Assembly (NCBI GenBank): GCA_951406725.2
Contig: OX597827.1
Coordinates: forward strand, 81,902,001 to 81,966,000
Source: Octopus vulgaris
Lineage: Eukaryota
Direction: 5' to 3'
Length of the DNA stretch: 64,000 nt
Positions 13,358-26,609 of this stretch are shown here, piece by piece. The notes below the pieces were generated by a model that searched no databases, had not been told where the DNA came from, and saw only the letters and a program-made list of their open reading frames with translations. The translations under genes were made by a program, and so were the position numbers. Within the stretch, counting starts at the first letter, position 1; each line of letters begins with the position of its first letter.

Positions 13358-13509
13358 CATATATACATATATATATATACATATATATATATATACATAT
13401 ATATATACACACATATATGCACACATATATACATATCTATATATATATATATATACCTATCATCATCATTTAATGTCCATTTTCCATGCTGGCATGGGTT
13501 GGACGGTTT

Positions 13510-13561
<52 letters not shown>

Positions 13562-13608
13562 CATACATATATATATACATACACACACACACACATATAT
13601 ATACATAT

Positions 13609-13667
<59 letters not shown>

Positions 13668-13829
13668 CATACATACATATATCAACGTAATCATCATGAC
13701 CAACCAGGCTATGAGATGTTGCTACACATCGCTGGTCACAATACGCTTCGTATTTTTTTAGCCTTCAAATGACACCACCCCGCTGGCTAAGTGAGCAGGC
13801 CAATATATATACATACACATATACATACA

Positions 13830-13876
<47 letters not shown>

Positions 13877-14169
13877 CTGTATGTGTGTGTGTGTGGATTG
13901 TTGGTGATATTTTCCCTCCGTCTTCCTTTTCTCTTGGACTCTCTTCTGTCTCCTGATTCTGAAGAATATGCTTCAAAGATACACTTGAAGCCTCACTGAG
14001 GAGCTTTTAGCTGCAACACAATGGACGTCGTTTGGTAGACAGTGTCTCGAAATGCAAAACACGCTTTCTTTTCTTCCTTGAGCGTCTTTTAATACTTTGC
14101 ATGTACCACATTGTTGCATTGTGTTTTTCTTTGTTTTTCTTTTTTCTGAGTAAATATATATATATATAT

Positions 14170-14380
14170 ATAATTCAAATTTACAGAAATCAAAATACGA
14201 AGACAGGTGTAGGAACAACAAGCACATGTATTAGTTTAACGCTCGGGAAAAATGGAAAAGTCTTTTATGTTTTGAGCTTAAGCTCTTTGACAGAAAGGAT
14301 TAAGGGGGAAAAAATGGAGAAAGAATGAAAAACTGGAGAGAGAACAAAAGTTGCAGAGTTCAACGGTCGAACATGGCATG
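14170..14380 (-). mobile_element. Penelope-like terminal repeat fragment with a decayed hammerhead-like motif
   Basis: Minus strand ctttctgtcaaaGAGCttaaGCTCaaaacataaaag, followed by cacctgtcttcgtattttg. That tail resembles the duplicated acctgccttcgtcttttgt at 4262-4310. Confidence 0.5.
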
Positions 14381-14406
14381 ATGACTGAAAATATATGTGT
14401 ATATGT

Positions 14407-14690
14407 AGGTGTGTGGCCTAGTGGTTAGGGTGTTGCACTCACGATAGCAAAATCATGGTTTTGATTCCTGGACCGAGTGTCATGTTGTGTTCTTGAACAA
14501 AACACTTCCTTTCACATTGATCCAGTCAGCTCCATTATAAACGGGTAACCCTGCCACAGAACTATCCTCCCAATCAGGGGCAATGTTGGCCAAGGCAGTG
14601 GAGTGGCATCATCCCAAAGCTAAAAACGATGCCCAGCACATTGTAACCAGTGATGTATAACAACACCCGATAATCTGGTCAATCACGTGG
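14407..14690 (+). mobile_element. tRNA-derived SINE (family C)
   Basis: A-box gtggcctagtggttagg, B-box-like ggttttgattcc, then tgtgttcttgaacaaaacactt. Related copies at about 24085-24325, 45972-46085 (-) and 51440-51630. Confidence 0.75.
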
Positions 14691-15249
14691 TATGTATGTA
14701 CATAATTGTATTCTATGGCTTTGCTTAGGTATAGCGATACTAAAACCCAGTTGTTAAAACCCATTATATGTGTACTTTAGAGTACGACATTATGGGAGTA
14801 CAGTGCGTACTATCAATGGATAACAAAAGGATTACATAATCACATTCATTGGCTTATAACAGTTTCTGTTATATAAGTAGCATTATCCTTAGAGCTGAGT
14901 GCTTGTGCAACATTTTATAGCTTTCTCAGAGCAATGTAGATGAAGGGTATGCGTATTTTAGAGACTATTTATAGACATAGTTGTGTGACTAATTGAGTGT
15001 GTATGTGTTTGTCATAAGTATGTATAAATATCAAAAAAACATGAAATAATTCATTTTTAAAAGTTGAACTTGAAGAAGAAAAGGTAGAGAGAATAGGGGG
15101 AAAATATTGAATTTAAAACATCCTTTGGTGGGACAGACTTCGACATTTTTATCCCCCAAATTGTTTAACCCATTCTTTATATATTATCATTTATAATTTT
15201 TCTATTTCGAGCACAAATGTTAAAAACGAATTTGTGTGTGTGTGTACGA

Positions 15250-15605
15250 TCAGCTCACCACTGGCTACCACAACAAGGGGGCACCAAAGAAGCATTACAA
15301 GGACTGCCTGAAGCAGTCCCTTAGCATTTATGACATTTGATTATCGTGAGTGATCCACTCTAACAGCTGACCATGCTGCTTGGCACCATACCATCAGTGA
15401 TGCTCTTTCCTTCTTTGAGATCTCTCACAGTGTCTCTCTTGAAGACAAATGTCAGAGGCGGCAAAAAAATAGTACAGCTGCATCATATCATAACTCTGTC
15501 ATCATTGCAATCGTAAATGTCGATCCCACATCAGCCTCATCAGACACAAACGAGCGTGCAGACGACATGGACAGCATCCTTCCAAATCTTCGTCAGCGAA
15601 GATAG
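15250..15605 (+). mobile_element. RTE-clade LINE 3' end, second family (C-terminal zinc knuckle)
   Basis: Frameshifted G.PKKHYKDCLKQSL...ADHAAWHHTI...FE...LEDK...CHHCNRKCRSHISLIRHKRAC. Confidence 0.75.
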
Positions 15606-15774
15606 ACATGTACATATATATGTATAAATGCAGCTGCATGTATATACGCTCAAAGACACAAACTCACATACTGTACTAATCCAGTAACCGTTGCAACTGG
15701 ACAGTACCTACTTATCAAATACGCTGGTATATTAAACAAAGGACAAAGTCGTTTAAGAATGTCGCATCCTATTC

Positions 15775-15958
15775 TTCTATTTGTTTCAGTCATTTGACTG
15801 CAGCCATGCTGGAGCACCACCTTTAGTCAAACGAATTGACCCCAGGACTTATTCTTTGTCAGTCTAGTACTTATTCTATTGGTCTTTTTCCAAACCGCTA
15901 AGTGACGGGGACGTGAACACACCAGCATCAGTTGTCAAGTGATGTTGGCAGGACAAAT

Positions 15959-15998
<40 letters not shown>

Positions 15999-16167
15999 GT
16001 GTACATATACAATGGGCTTCTTTCAGTTTCCATCTACCAAATCCACTTACAAGGCTTTGGTCGGCCCAGGCTATAGCAGAAGACATTTGCCCAAGGTGCC
16101 ACACAGTGGGACTGGACCCGGAACCATGTGGTTGGTAAGCAAGCTACTTACCACACAGCCACACCTG
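15775..16167 (-). mobile_element. Family B SINE
   Basis: Reverse complement of the 9100-9485 element, full length. Confidence 0.9.
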
Positions 16168-17211
16168 TGTCTATGTTAAACTTTTTATACCATCCAACAA
16201 TTTAACACATGTTCTTCCTGAACTTAATTGCTTGGAATTTTTAATTAGCAGTGCTGCTGAAATTGGTATACTCTTGTATTGCTTTACTCTGAACCTCTTA
16301 ATTAACACAATTTCCAATTCTGAAAGTCTTGATTTTTTTTTTTTTTCCTCTTACAAATGTTTGCCGTACATCAACACCTTTATTCCTATCTGAATCGCTT
16401 ATAAATTGCCTTGATTTATCTTTTTGTTTCATATCGTCCTTTATTATTCAAGAACTTATGTTATATTCATGCATCAAAGCATTTCCATTTCACTTCTTTC
16501 AAAACGGCTCCTGTATGGGTTACACGGATTCTTTTCACACCATTTATTAACTTTGGAAGACGTTTCCAGTAATGGATGGACAATGCAGAAGTAGATAAAC
16601 GCTGATAAAGAAGCACTCAGCCATTGGCATTGGCATTTTATTTATTTATTTATTTATTGCAACTTGTATGTAAACAATGAAAGAGTGACGTCAGCGACCG
16701 GTAATGGCGGTTGTAAAAACAATTGGTGAAGCGTAAAAATAAAAAAAAAAGCACTGGACAGTTGGGTTTGCCAGACAATTAGGTACTCGATTAATGGAAA
16801 TTAACACACTCTCCCTCTCTCTCTCTTCCCCTCCTCTTTCTCTCTCTCTCTCTCTCTCTCTCCCTCTCTGCTTTATTACACACACACACACACACACACA
16901 CATACAAGATTTAGGTAAAAATCTTGTAGGATGTTATTCAAAGCTCGTCCATAGTTATTGGCTACCTGATGTCATCATTCAGTGGAAATGCTCCTGCTAC
17001 TTGAAGTACATCAGGGATTCCATAGTATCTGTAGAGTTTAAATCATTTGATAAACGACAGAAAACGGAACGAACAATCTTCTTTATCTAAAATTACGGCA
17101 AATGTTTCAATACATTTGACATCCTTGTGCTTTGGTGAGATGTTGTATAACCACAATCATCCAACGAAGATGTATAATGCACCTCCCCATGTATGTTTCT
17201 TATTAATTAAT

Positions 17212-17248
<37 letters not shown>

Positions 17249-17265
17249 GTATGTATGTGTGTGTG

Positions 17266-17312
<47 letters not shown>

Positions 17313-17327
17313 ATATATGTATGTATG

Positions 17328-17367
<40 letters not shown>

Positions 17368-18799
17368 TATATATAAGTATATATATATGTATGTATGTGT
17401 GTATTTATATGTATGTATGTGTGTATATATGTATGTGTATATATATATATGTATATATGTATGTGTATGTATATATGTATGTGTATATATATGTATGTAT
17501 GTATATATATGTATATATACACATACGCAGACGTGCGCGTGCACACACATGCTAGATAGATTGCTCGTCTTTACCTGGTTGCCAGGTATATATAAAATCT
17601 GTGGTAAGCTGAAATCACTTAACTTACAGTTCATTATAAAATAATTATTTTGTCTATAATTATGAAACAGTGAATAAAAAAATTATTCCAAAATGCAGTA
17701 AGGAACATAATATCTTCAGTATTAAATGCTCTCATTATCATATCTACGTTTCGCATCTCTGCAACATTGTGTGTAGATAAATAAGCGAACAAATATTAAA
17801 AAATGAAACACAATGATCAGAAAGTACTTTTCAGCCAAAGGCATAGGTTTGGTTTGCAAAATCTGTGGAAGAACATTTATATTTTGTTAAATCTAAGTTA
17901 TAGCAAGTTTTTATGGTCAATTGTTTGTTGTGAAACACTTTGGGAAGAAAAAGTCTTATTCGTAATGAAGCGTTCATTGAAAGCCTACAAATCCTGACAT
18001 TGCTAATATGTAATGATGTCTATCAGCTGTCTTTGTTGTCTTGGTGACAGTTTAGCAAACTGAAAGGCACATCACTATGTGGATGCTTCTAGTTGAGTAA
18101 GTGAATGACGAAATGTTCAGCTACGATCCCAGGCTTTCCATCTGGTTTCCATTCATTTTGCAGGAATAAATTTCCATTTGCTTGCAACTGTCAAAAGTGG
18201 AATTGAGGAGTGGCGTCAGAACATGCATCAACGTTTATACATGCATGATGTCTATCTATCTATCTGTCTGTCTGTTTGTCTGTGTCTCTGTCCATCCATC
18301 CGTCTATCTATCTGTCTATCTATCTGTCTGTCTGTCTATCTATCTATTTATCTATCTATCTACCTATCTACATTGCTCTGTGTCTGTCTCTCTCTCTTAC
18401 AAACAAAGAAACATGCGCACGAACACACACACACACACACACACGTTCAACAAAAGATATGTACATTGATGTGAAAACTGAAAAAGTGGTGCTTCAAGAA
18501 AGAAGTCCTTGAAATATTTGTTCTGCAGCGAGTTATAGACACTCCCTAATGAAGTGAACCAGTTATTGTTCTGTTCGAAAGTTGTCGTTAACGATGCTAT
18601 TCATGATTATAGTTTCAAATAATAAAAATACTTCATTTTAGGTGCCCCTGCATGGGCTGAAATCAAAAGATTAGAAAAAAATTAACAAATAAAAGTTTAG
18701 AGAAACTATTTAACATTAAAGAGAGCCTTTTTTTTCTTTCAACTGACTGGGGGTCGGTCACACAGGGTCACCAAATAGCCGTTTTATGGTCCTCCTTAA

Positions 18800-19175
18800 T
18801 TCTTTTACTTATTTCAGTAATTTGGCAACAGCCATGCTGGAGCGCCGCCCTTAATCGAGCAAATCGACTCCAGGACTTACTCTTTGTAAGCCTAGTAATT
18901 ATTCCATCGGTCTCTTTTGCCAAACCACTCAGTTATGGGGATCTAAGCACACCAGCTTTGGTTATCAAGCAATGTTGGTGGAGGGACAAACACACACACA
19001 CACATATATATATGACGGGCTTCTTTCAATTTCCATCTACCAAATCCACTCACAAGGCTGTGGTCGGCCTGAGGCTATAGTAGAAGACACTTGCCCAAGG
19101 TGCCATGCAGTGGAACTGAACCCAGAACCATGTGGTTGGTAAGCAAGCTACTTACCACACAGCCACTCCTGCACC
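18800..19175 (-). mobile_element. Family B SINE
   Basis: Reverse complement of the 9100-9485 element, full length. Confidence 0.9.
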
Positions 19176-19284
19176 TAAGGAAGATTTGTGTCAGTAGTTC
19201 TTGTCCAGATCAACAGTAGATACATTGTGAAGAGTTTCCCTGGAGACACTGTCTACCAAATGACATCCATTGTGTTACAGCTCA

Positions 19285-19672
19285 AAGCTCTTCAACGAGG
19301 CTTCAAGTGCGTGTTTGAAGCGGTTTTTCTGTCCACTCTGCTTGCAATGCAAAGACCTTTGTGATCAACCCTGACATCTGGGAAATGCAAGCACAAAACT
19401 GCTCTGCCTGGCAAAGCTGCACCAACAGAATTACCACCTCCTACAAACAGATGAGGGTTGCAGGAACACAGAGAGAACGCGAACTATGCCAAGTTCAGAG
19501 GCAACTCTTTAGACCTTTGTTCTCAGCAAGCCACCAGTGCCCAACCTGCGGCAGAGCCTTCTGAGCATGCATTGCACTGATTGACCACAGCTGGACTCAC
19601 TGTGACTCGTCGTCTTCTCCCATGTGATGCCCATGGTCATCATCGACAACGACAGATGAACTAATCTAATCT
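19285..19672 (+). mobile_element. RTE-clade LINE 3' end with an inverted 5' segment
   Basis: + strand INPDIWEMQAQNCSAW...HQCPTCGRAF*ACIALIDHSWTH with a (ctaat)n tail. The - strand at 19285-19350 reads SGQKNRFKHALEASLKSF. Confidence 0.7.
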
Positions 19673-19978
19673 ACTGTCACATACAATATGGTGTCAACTA
19701 AAAACTACTCCACTGCCATTGTCACTAGTCGTACCAGTGGCGTCACCATTACTACCGTAAAGCCTCCACAACTAACCCTGACATCACCACCCCTCTCAGT
19801 GCCCCGTGTGTCTTCTTGCTCCCTCTCTTTCCCATCTCATCTCTACACTTGAAATAATAGAGAAATGAAGCGGCTGCGAATGGATAACATGGCAGCCGAT
19901 TGCTTGGGGAGGCTCTTCAGTACTTCATACTTTGCAGCAACAATAGAGACCACCATCTACAACAACGACAACAATAAC

Positions 19979-20014
<36 letters not shown>

Positions 20015-20589
20015 CACTATCGAACCAAGGACATTTTGTAAAGCAGCTTAAGCGATATCTTAATTTGTCCTGTGTTTATACACACACACATACAGACACA
20101 CAGCTACACATACATGTACATGTGTATATGTATGTATGAATGTTTGTATGTATGCAAACATGTATGTATATATGTGCGAATATGTATGTGTTTGTACGTA
20201 TGTATTTATGTGCCTATGTGTATGTGTGTGTGTATCTCTGTATGTATGTGTGTATGTTTGTGTATCAATGCATATGTAGATCCATTCCTACACAATTATT
20301 TAGTGTTGTTGCTGATGAAAATCAATGTCCACCATCACTGTCATCTCAGTCAATCTCCTCCGTCGACAATAGATTCTTTGACGAATGTGCATTTCAGATA
20401 GTGACACCAGCAGAGTACTCATCCACACGGGTGATTGGAGGATCCCAACTGTTACTCTCTGCTGGGTTCCACCTACTGAGTATCATCCTATGGGAACAAA
20501 CAATAGAGCTGATGATATTTAATTGTCACGGACGTGTGTGTGTGTGTGATACCCCAATGGCCACAACATCAGCCAGCATTACTGAGATC

Positions 20590-20746
20590 CAGGGGCGAGC
20601 TGAGAGTATTAAGGGCCCTCGAGCATAACTTTACCAGGCCCCTTTGAATGTTTGTTTTAGTAGAGTTAACATGTACAGCATGAGCCCTCTCAGGATTCCG
20701 GGCCTCCAGGCAATGCCTGATTGACCAACGGCTCAGTCCACCCCTG
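20590..20746. mobile_element. hAT-like MITE
   Basis: 15-bp imperfect TIR caggggcgagctgag / ctcagtccacccctg. 8-bp flanks ctgagatc and atgaggtc (6/8 match) fit a decayed 8-bp TSD. Confidence 0.7.
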
Positions 20747-22743
20747 ATGAGGTCCAACACCCTTGATCCACACTGCAGGAGGACACATCCATATAAGGAA
20801 GCTTCATTGGAATATAAAGGGTAGATGTCCCCCTTACCCCCAGTGTCACTATGATCCCTGTAAAGGAGCTAGACCCAGTGACAAGGTTGACACAAGACAA
20901 CTGCTACCCCTCCACCCAGCTTCAAGACTGCAAATCCAGTCTTTTAGAAAAGAAAGCTGATGCTCACAGCTTGTTTCTCCATCAGAGGGTTATCCTTTCA
21001 CCCTTTTGTCCTAGACCCACCCACAAAGCAACAGGGCAGTGCACATAGCTTACTCCCTTTTTACCCCTCACCTAGATAAATGTTCTGACAACAATGAGAT
21101 AACCATCACCTCCAAAAGTAGTGCAACTCTACACTTGCTCACCATCACAAATCTTTTGCTAGATCAATGCTGACCCTAGACTGGAGTCGCTTATCCTTTT
21201 GAAGGGCCCCGCCTTGTTTTTTTGCTCTATTGGGTTTGTTTCTAGTAATTCCCTTCACCCAGCCACTCTGGCAGCTGGGTGATTGGGACGGGGTGGGGGA
21301 GTGCCAGTTTGGTTGCTGACCACCCCTCATCATCTGACTCAAATTGTTAACGACAGTAGCACTCAGAACAATCTCACACACACACACACACACACACGTT
21401 CAGTTATACAATGCAGAGAGAGATACATATACATACTCTCTCTCTCACACACACATGACTGTAGCTAAGATCTGGCTCAGTTCTACCCCTCCACTCCCCA
21501 TCACCACATCAACAATAGTCTTCTCTCTCTCTCTCTCTCTACAACCCTGGCCCTGTGTCACACCACATACAGTTCACTGTCACATCACAACAACCACCAC
21601 ACTTTGAATGACACCAAATACCACCCACTCCCCGACCCGCCACATACAAAGGATTACTACTTCTACTACTATTACTACTACTGCCACCACTAACACTAAT
21701 ACAAGTGCCAATACATACCACCACAATCACCCCATACCACAAAGACAACCACCACCACCAACTGATGAACAATAGATTATGTGGTCCTTTGGTCTGCTAG
21801 AAATAGCAACTAAACTTCCCTCAATCCATGCTTTACAGTTTTGTCATGTGGGGGTTGTTTGTCCTCCACACAGTAATAAGACTGGTTGGTCATGGCAAGA
21901 ATGTCTTGGATCAGAAGACTGCTCAGTCAGATTAAGGAGAGGGCTACAAAACTGCAAACCACCACCACCACCACCACCACATCTATCAACCAATGCCACT
22001 ACCACCACCCCCACCATTATTTCTAGCATTTCTCCGCCACCATCACAAGCTCTATACCACCACCACCACCACTTGTGCATGAATTACGCAATGCATCGCG
22101 TTAAGTGCATGTTTGGTTGGCACTGTGCTGCATCTCTCACATGACACAGCAGCCACAACTACTACTACTACTACTACTTCAATCACCAGTAGTACCATTA
22201 CTACTACTACTAACTAACAAGGGGCACCACATTCTGGCTGGCTCTTCAGCTAGAAAGAGCAGCCAAATCTCTCATATCACACTCACTAGCATATTTTAAA
22301 GGAATAAAAGACATTAGGCAGTGCAATCCTAGTTACACTTCTAAATGATGGTCATGGTTGGACTACCTTTGATCATAGGTCTAGTGGATCAGGGTTGACC
22401 CGGGGCTCATCAAACTACTGTAGTTGAGAGAGAGAGAGAGATAAATTGTGCTTGACAGAAAGAGAGAATGTGTGATAGAGATACCATGTGTATGTGTGTG
22501 GGGGGGGGGGGAAAGGGAAAGAAAGAAAGGCAGAGAACAAAGGTCCAACAATAGTAGTTTTTCTCCAGCTGGGACCCAGAGTTTGTATGAACCCTTTTGT
22601 TCTCTTATAAACTGATGAGAGGCTGACAAACAGGGATTTTTGTATGGGATCACACGCATATCTATCTATGCATTATCCTTTTGTCTGTCTATCTATCACT
22701 ACGTCTGTCTGTAGTTATCTATCTATCTATAGATTTCTATCTT

Positions 22744-22802
<59 letters not shown>

Positions 22803-22905
22803 CTCTGTCTGTCTATCTATCTATCTATCTATCTTTCTGTCTATGTATCTATCTACCTACCTTCCTACCTACCTATCTATCTATCTGTCTGTCTGTCTGT
22901 CTATC

Positions 22906-23225
22906 TCATCATCATTCATGCCAGCTTTCCATGCTAGCATGGATTGAATGGTTTGACCGGGGTCTGGGAAGCCAGGAGGCTGCACCAGGCTCCAATATGA
23001 TCCGGCAGAGTTTCTACAGCTGGATGCCCTTCCTAATGCCAACCACTCCGAGAGTGTAGTGGGTGCTTTTTACATGCCTGGCATTGATTGCGTTCAGATA
23101 GTGCTTTTAACGTGTCACCGGTATGGGAGCCAGTCAGGGGGCACTGGCATCAGCCATATTTGGATGCTGCTTTTCACATGCCACCAACATGGGAGCCAGT
23201 CAGGCAGCCCTGGCATCAATCATGT
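22906..23225 (-). mobile_element. 5'-truncated RTE-clade LINE 3'UTR
   Basis: Same family as 3638-3965. Confidence 0.85.
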
Positions 23226-23324
23226 TTTATCTTTATTATCCATCCATCCATCCATGTATGTATATATATATATATATAAATTAAGAAATAGATTTAAACA
23301 CAGGTGTTATTCAAATCTTTATAC

Positions 23325-23410
23325 TTCCGACATATGTTTCGAAGAAAATATTGGTATTATTACCGAGGGAAGAAAATTATGTAAAACAGCATAATCATCT
23401 CGTCAAGGAA
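23325..23410 (-). ncRNA. Minimal type-I hammerhead ribozyme (Penelope-type), one core change
   Basis: Minus strand: TTCC-TTGACGA-GATGA..long loop..TCTTC-GAAAC-ATAT-GTC-GGAA. Confidence 0.65.
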
Positions 23411-24926
23411 AAAAGAGAAACAAAACACATCAATAAGCCATTTTAATCTACGTGTAACTCAATTTCCTTATTTATCTATGTTATTTCTAAATATTTCACT
23501 AAACCTTAGATCTTCTACCTTTATAAGTAGGCTGTAACATCCTTGGCACTTATGTGAATTTACACTACCCTGGTAACTATTTATTTATTTTTTTCCATGT
23601 TATTTGTACACATTGAAAAAATACACATACGTGTATATATACCTATTTATGTGCATATGCATTGTATGTGTGAGAAATAAACATAACTTGAAACCTGTTG
23701 CATAAATTTAGTAACATTTTGATACTAGTTTACTAATCTCTCTTAATCCATGTAGAGTGATCATATATCTTGACAGAACAATTGAAGGTTGTTGTTGTTG
23801 TTGCTATTCAATCTCTGGGTGTCCCCCAACCAGTTCAGCCAGTAAACAGCTCCTAGTTACACGCACACAGAACATAACCCTATGAAGGTCCCCATTTACA
23901 TCAGTTCTAGCTATGAAAGCCTTCCGTCCAAGCTGCTTTTAATGGTCACAAGTCAAAAAGGGGCCAGAAGGTTGAAACCAAAGAGATACACTAAAGGCTT
24001 ACATTAGGGGGTACCCTCTTAAGTGTATGCTTGGATGAGAGAGTGGTGTTCAAAAGCTTCCACAAATGTTCCTACACACGTTCTTGTGGTTGGGCTGTTG
24101 CATTCATGATCAGAAGATCATGGTTTCGAGTCCCAAACTAGCAGTGATGCATTGAGTTTTTGAGCAAGACCCTTCATTTCACATCGCTCCTGTCCACTCA
24201 GCTGTTGATGGGTCACCCTTGCGATGGACTTGTGTCACATTCAGGGGAGAACGTTTTGAGCTTTGGTCACTTATATGCTATGAGAACTTGGTAATCAGCT
24301 CCGTGTGTTCTAAGACATGAAGACAGAAATGCTCAGGGGATGATGACAATGATGATGATGAAAAGAAGGAGAGGAGGAGAATAATGATGATGAATTCAAG
24401 TCATAATACTTTAAGTCTATCCAAGGCTATTGTAGAAGACACTTGTACAAGGTGCTGGGCACTGAGATTGAACTGGAAATTGTAGGTTCGTTAAGTCAAC
24501 ATTTTAACCTCATAGCAAATGCCAGAGGTACCACTTCCAGCTCTTCATTTTTCTGACTACTTCATCAAAAACATTCATTGAGCTTAGTCTTCTTGCACTA
24601 TTAAATGAACCCCACTACATAACTGGTATGACATTATCAACCCTGCTTAGAAAAAAGGTAAAGATAACGTCATTGGATCCAGCAGACTTATTACTAGGTT
24701 TGGGCCTAATGTGATGGTCACTTGCTGTATCGCTTTGATTTCAAACCCATCACACAACTTCTTGGACATTTCTCAACTGTTCCAACCTCAGATCAAAGGA
24801 TGACCAATCAGTCACAGCTAGGGAGATTTCAGGGATGCTAGATTTAATACATCATCCAGTTTAACATGACCACCTTGTTCTTGGGTACCTGGGGTCCACC
24901 CTTTTGTTAATATTAAGACCAGGTAA

Positions 24927-25330
24927 AGGCGGTGAGCTGGCAGAAACGTTAACATGCTGGGCGAAATACTTATCAGTATTTTGTCTGTCTTTACATTCCG
25001 AGTTCAAATTCTGCCGAGATAGACTTTGCCTTTCATCCTTTCGGGGTTGATAAATTAAGTACCAGTTGTGTACTGGGGTTGATCTAATCGACTGAACCCC
25101 TCCCCCAAAATTTTGGGCCTTGTGTTTAGAGTAGAAACAAATATTATGACCAGGTAAGCTGGCAGAATCATTAGCATGGTGGGTGAAATGCTTAACAGCA
25201 TTTCGCCTGTCCTCACGTTCTGAATTCAAATTCCATTGGGGTTGACTTTCATTCTTTTGTCGGGGTCAATGTAATCGGCTTACCCCCTGCATTAAAATTG
25301 CTTGCCTTGTGCCTAAACTTGAATCAATAT
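24927..25330 (+). mobile_element. Two tandem family A SINEs
   Basis: ggcggtgagctggcagaaacg... at 24928 and gctggcagaatcattagc... at 25158. Confidence 0.85.
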
Positions 25331-26609
25331 TAGGACCAGGTTTCCACCTCCCATTCTTACGAATCTCAGAGAACATTAATAAGAAGAACCATTGAATAAA
25401 ATAAAACCACTGCATTCATTACCAGACGAATCTCTAGTGTGTTCTTCATATTTTAAGACAACAAGCTTTAATGGAGAAATATTTAGCTGGTATTTTTAGG
25501 GGATGATGAGGGTGAGGCTAATTGTCTTCAGAATGTGCTGTGCAGTTAGGGACTATTATTCATTCCCAGTCAGTGTAAATGGTTTAAATGAAAGGGTTGT
25601 ATTGGAGTGGAAACCATGTCAATGTAACCATAACCCCATTGTATGACTGCTCCTTATATCATTGATCACCAAGTGATCAATAATATTGTTGCAATTGATT
25701 GGTTGGTAGCATGTTTTCTGTCATATAAACTGGCTCTTTACACACTGTGCCACTTCTGCTAACCTCTAAACACACATACACAGAAATGCACACACAGCAG
25801 ACACAAAAATGTACATACACCAAAATACACCCGCACACACATACATATATACATGTACTCAGCCCAACACAAGCACTCACTCACACACACACATATATTT
25901 ATATATAAACTTATGCTATATATTTGAAAATATTATCTACAATAATGTTATACACACATACATGACATGTATATATATATGAGTATGACAGTATGTCTGT
26001 AAATGTACTGAGGTCACCCTGGGGTACAGTCAGAAATACTCAAACTGTTATGTAAGTATTTGTATGACATTCCTCTGAAATCTCTCATTCACTCCAATGT
26101 CGACATTAATAAACCCGACATCGTCACTGAGGACCAGAGGTAAATTATATATTACGAGAGATTTTAGTGACTATCTAACCTGAAGGCAACAACAGCAGTA
26201 TGCTATATGTGTGTGTTTGTAGGCCTCAAGAGAATCCTAAGACCCAGTCTTCAATAAAGTGCTAGTATTTTATTTAATCTGTTTTTCCATCTACCTTCCA
26301 TAATTTATTGAAACTATATTTCAATAATTCATGGAATGGAAGCCAAACATCTGACTTCCTTCCACTTCACATTGGACTACTTTTACTATAATTTTGGTAA
26401 TAATGTTACTGAGAAAGGCATGAATGCCACACAATCCCACTTATCACATGTCCCATTTCCCACATAAGAATATAGTGATGGTTTCTCTCCTGCAAACACT
26501 TTGTTGTCCATGTTGTTATTTAACCGAAGGTTAGCGATCACATCAAATCCAGCCATGACTGTCCCACATAGTTTTCTGACAAGATTATCCACCTCATCCT
26601 TTCTTTCAT

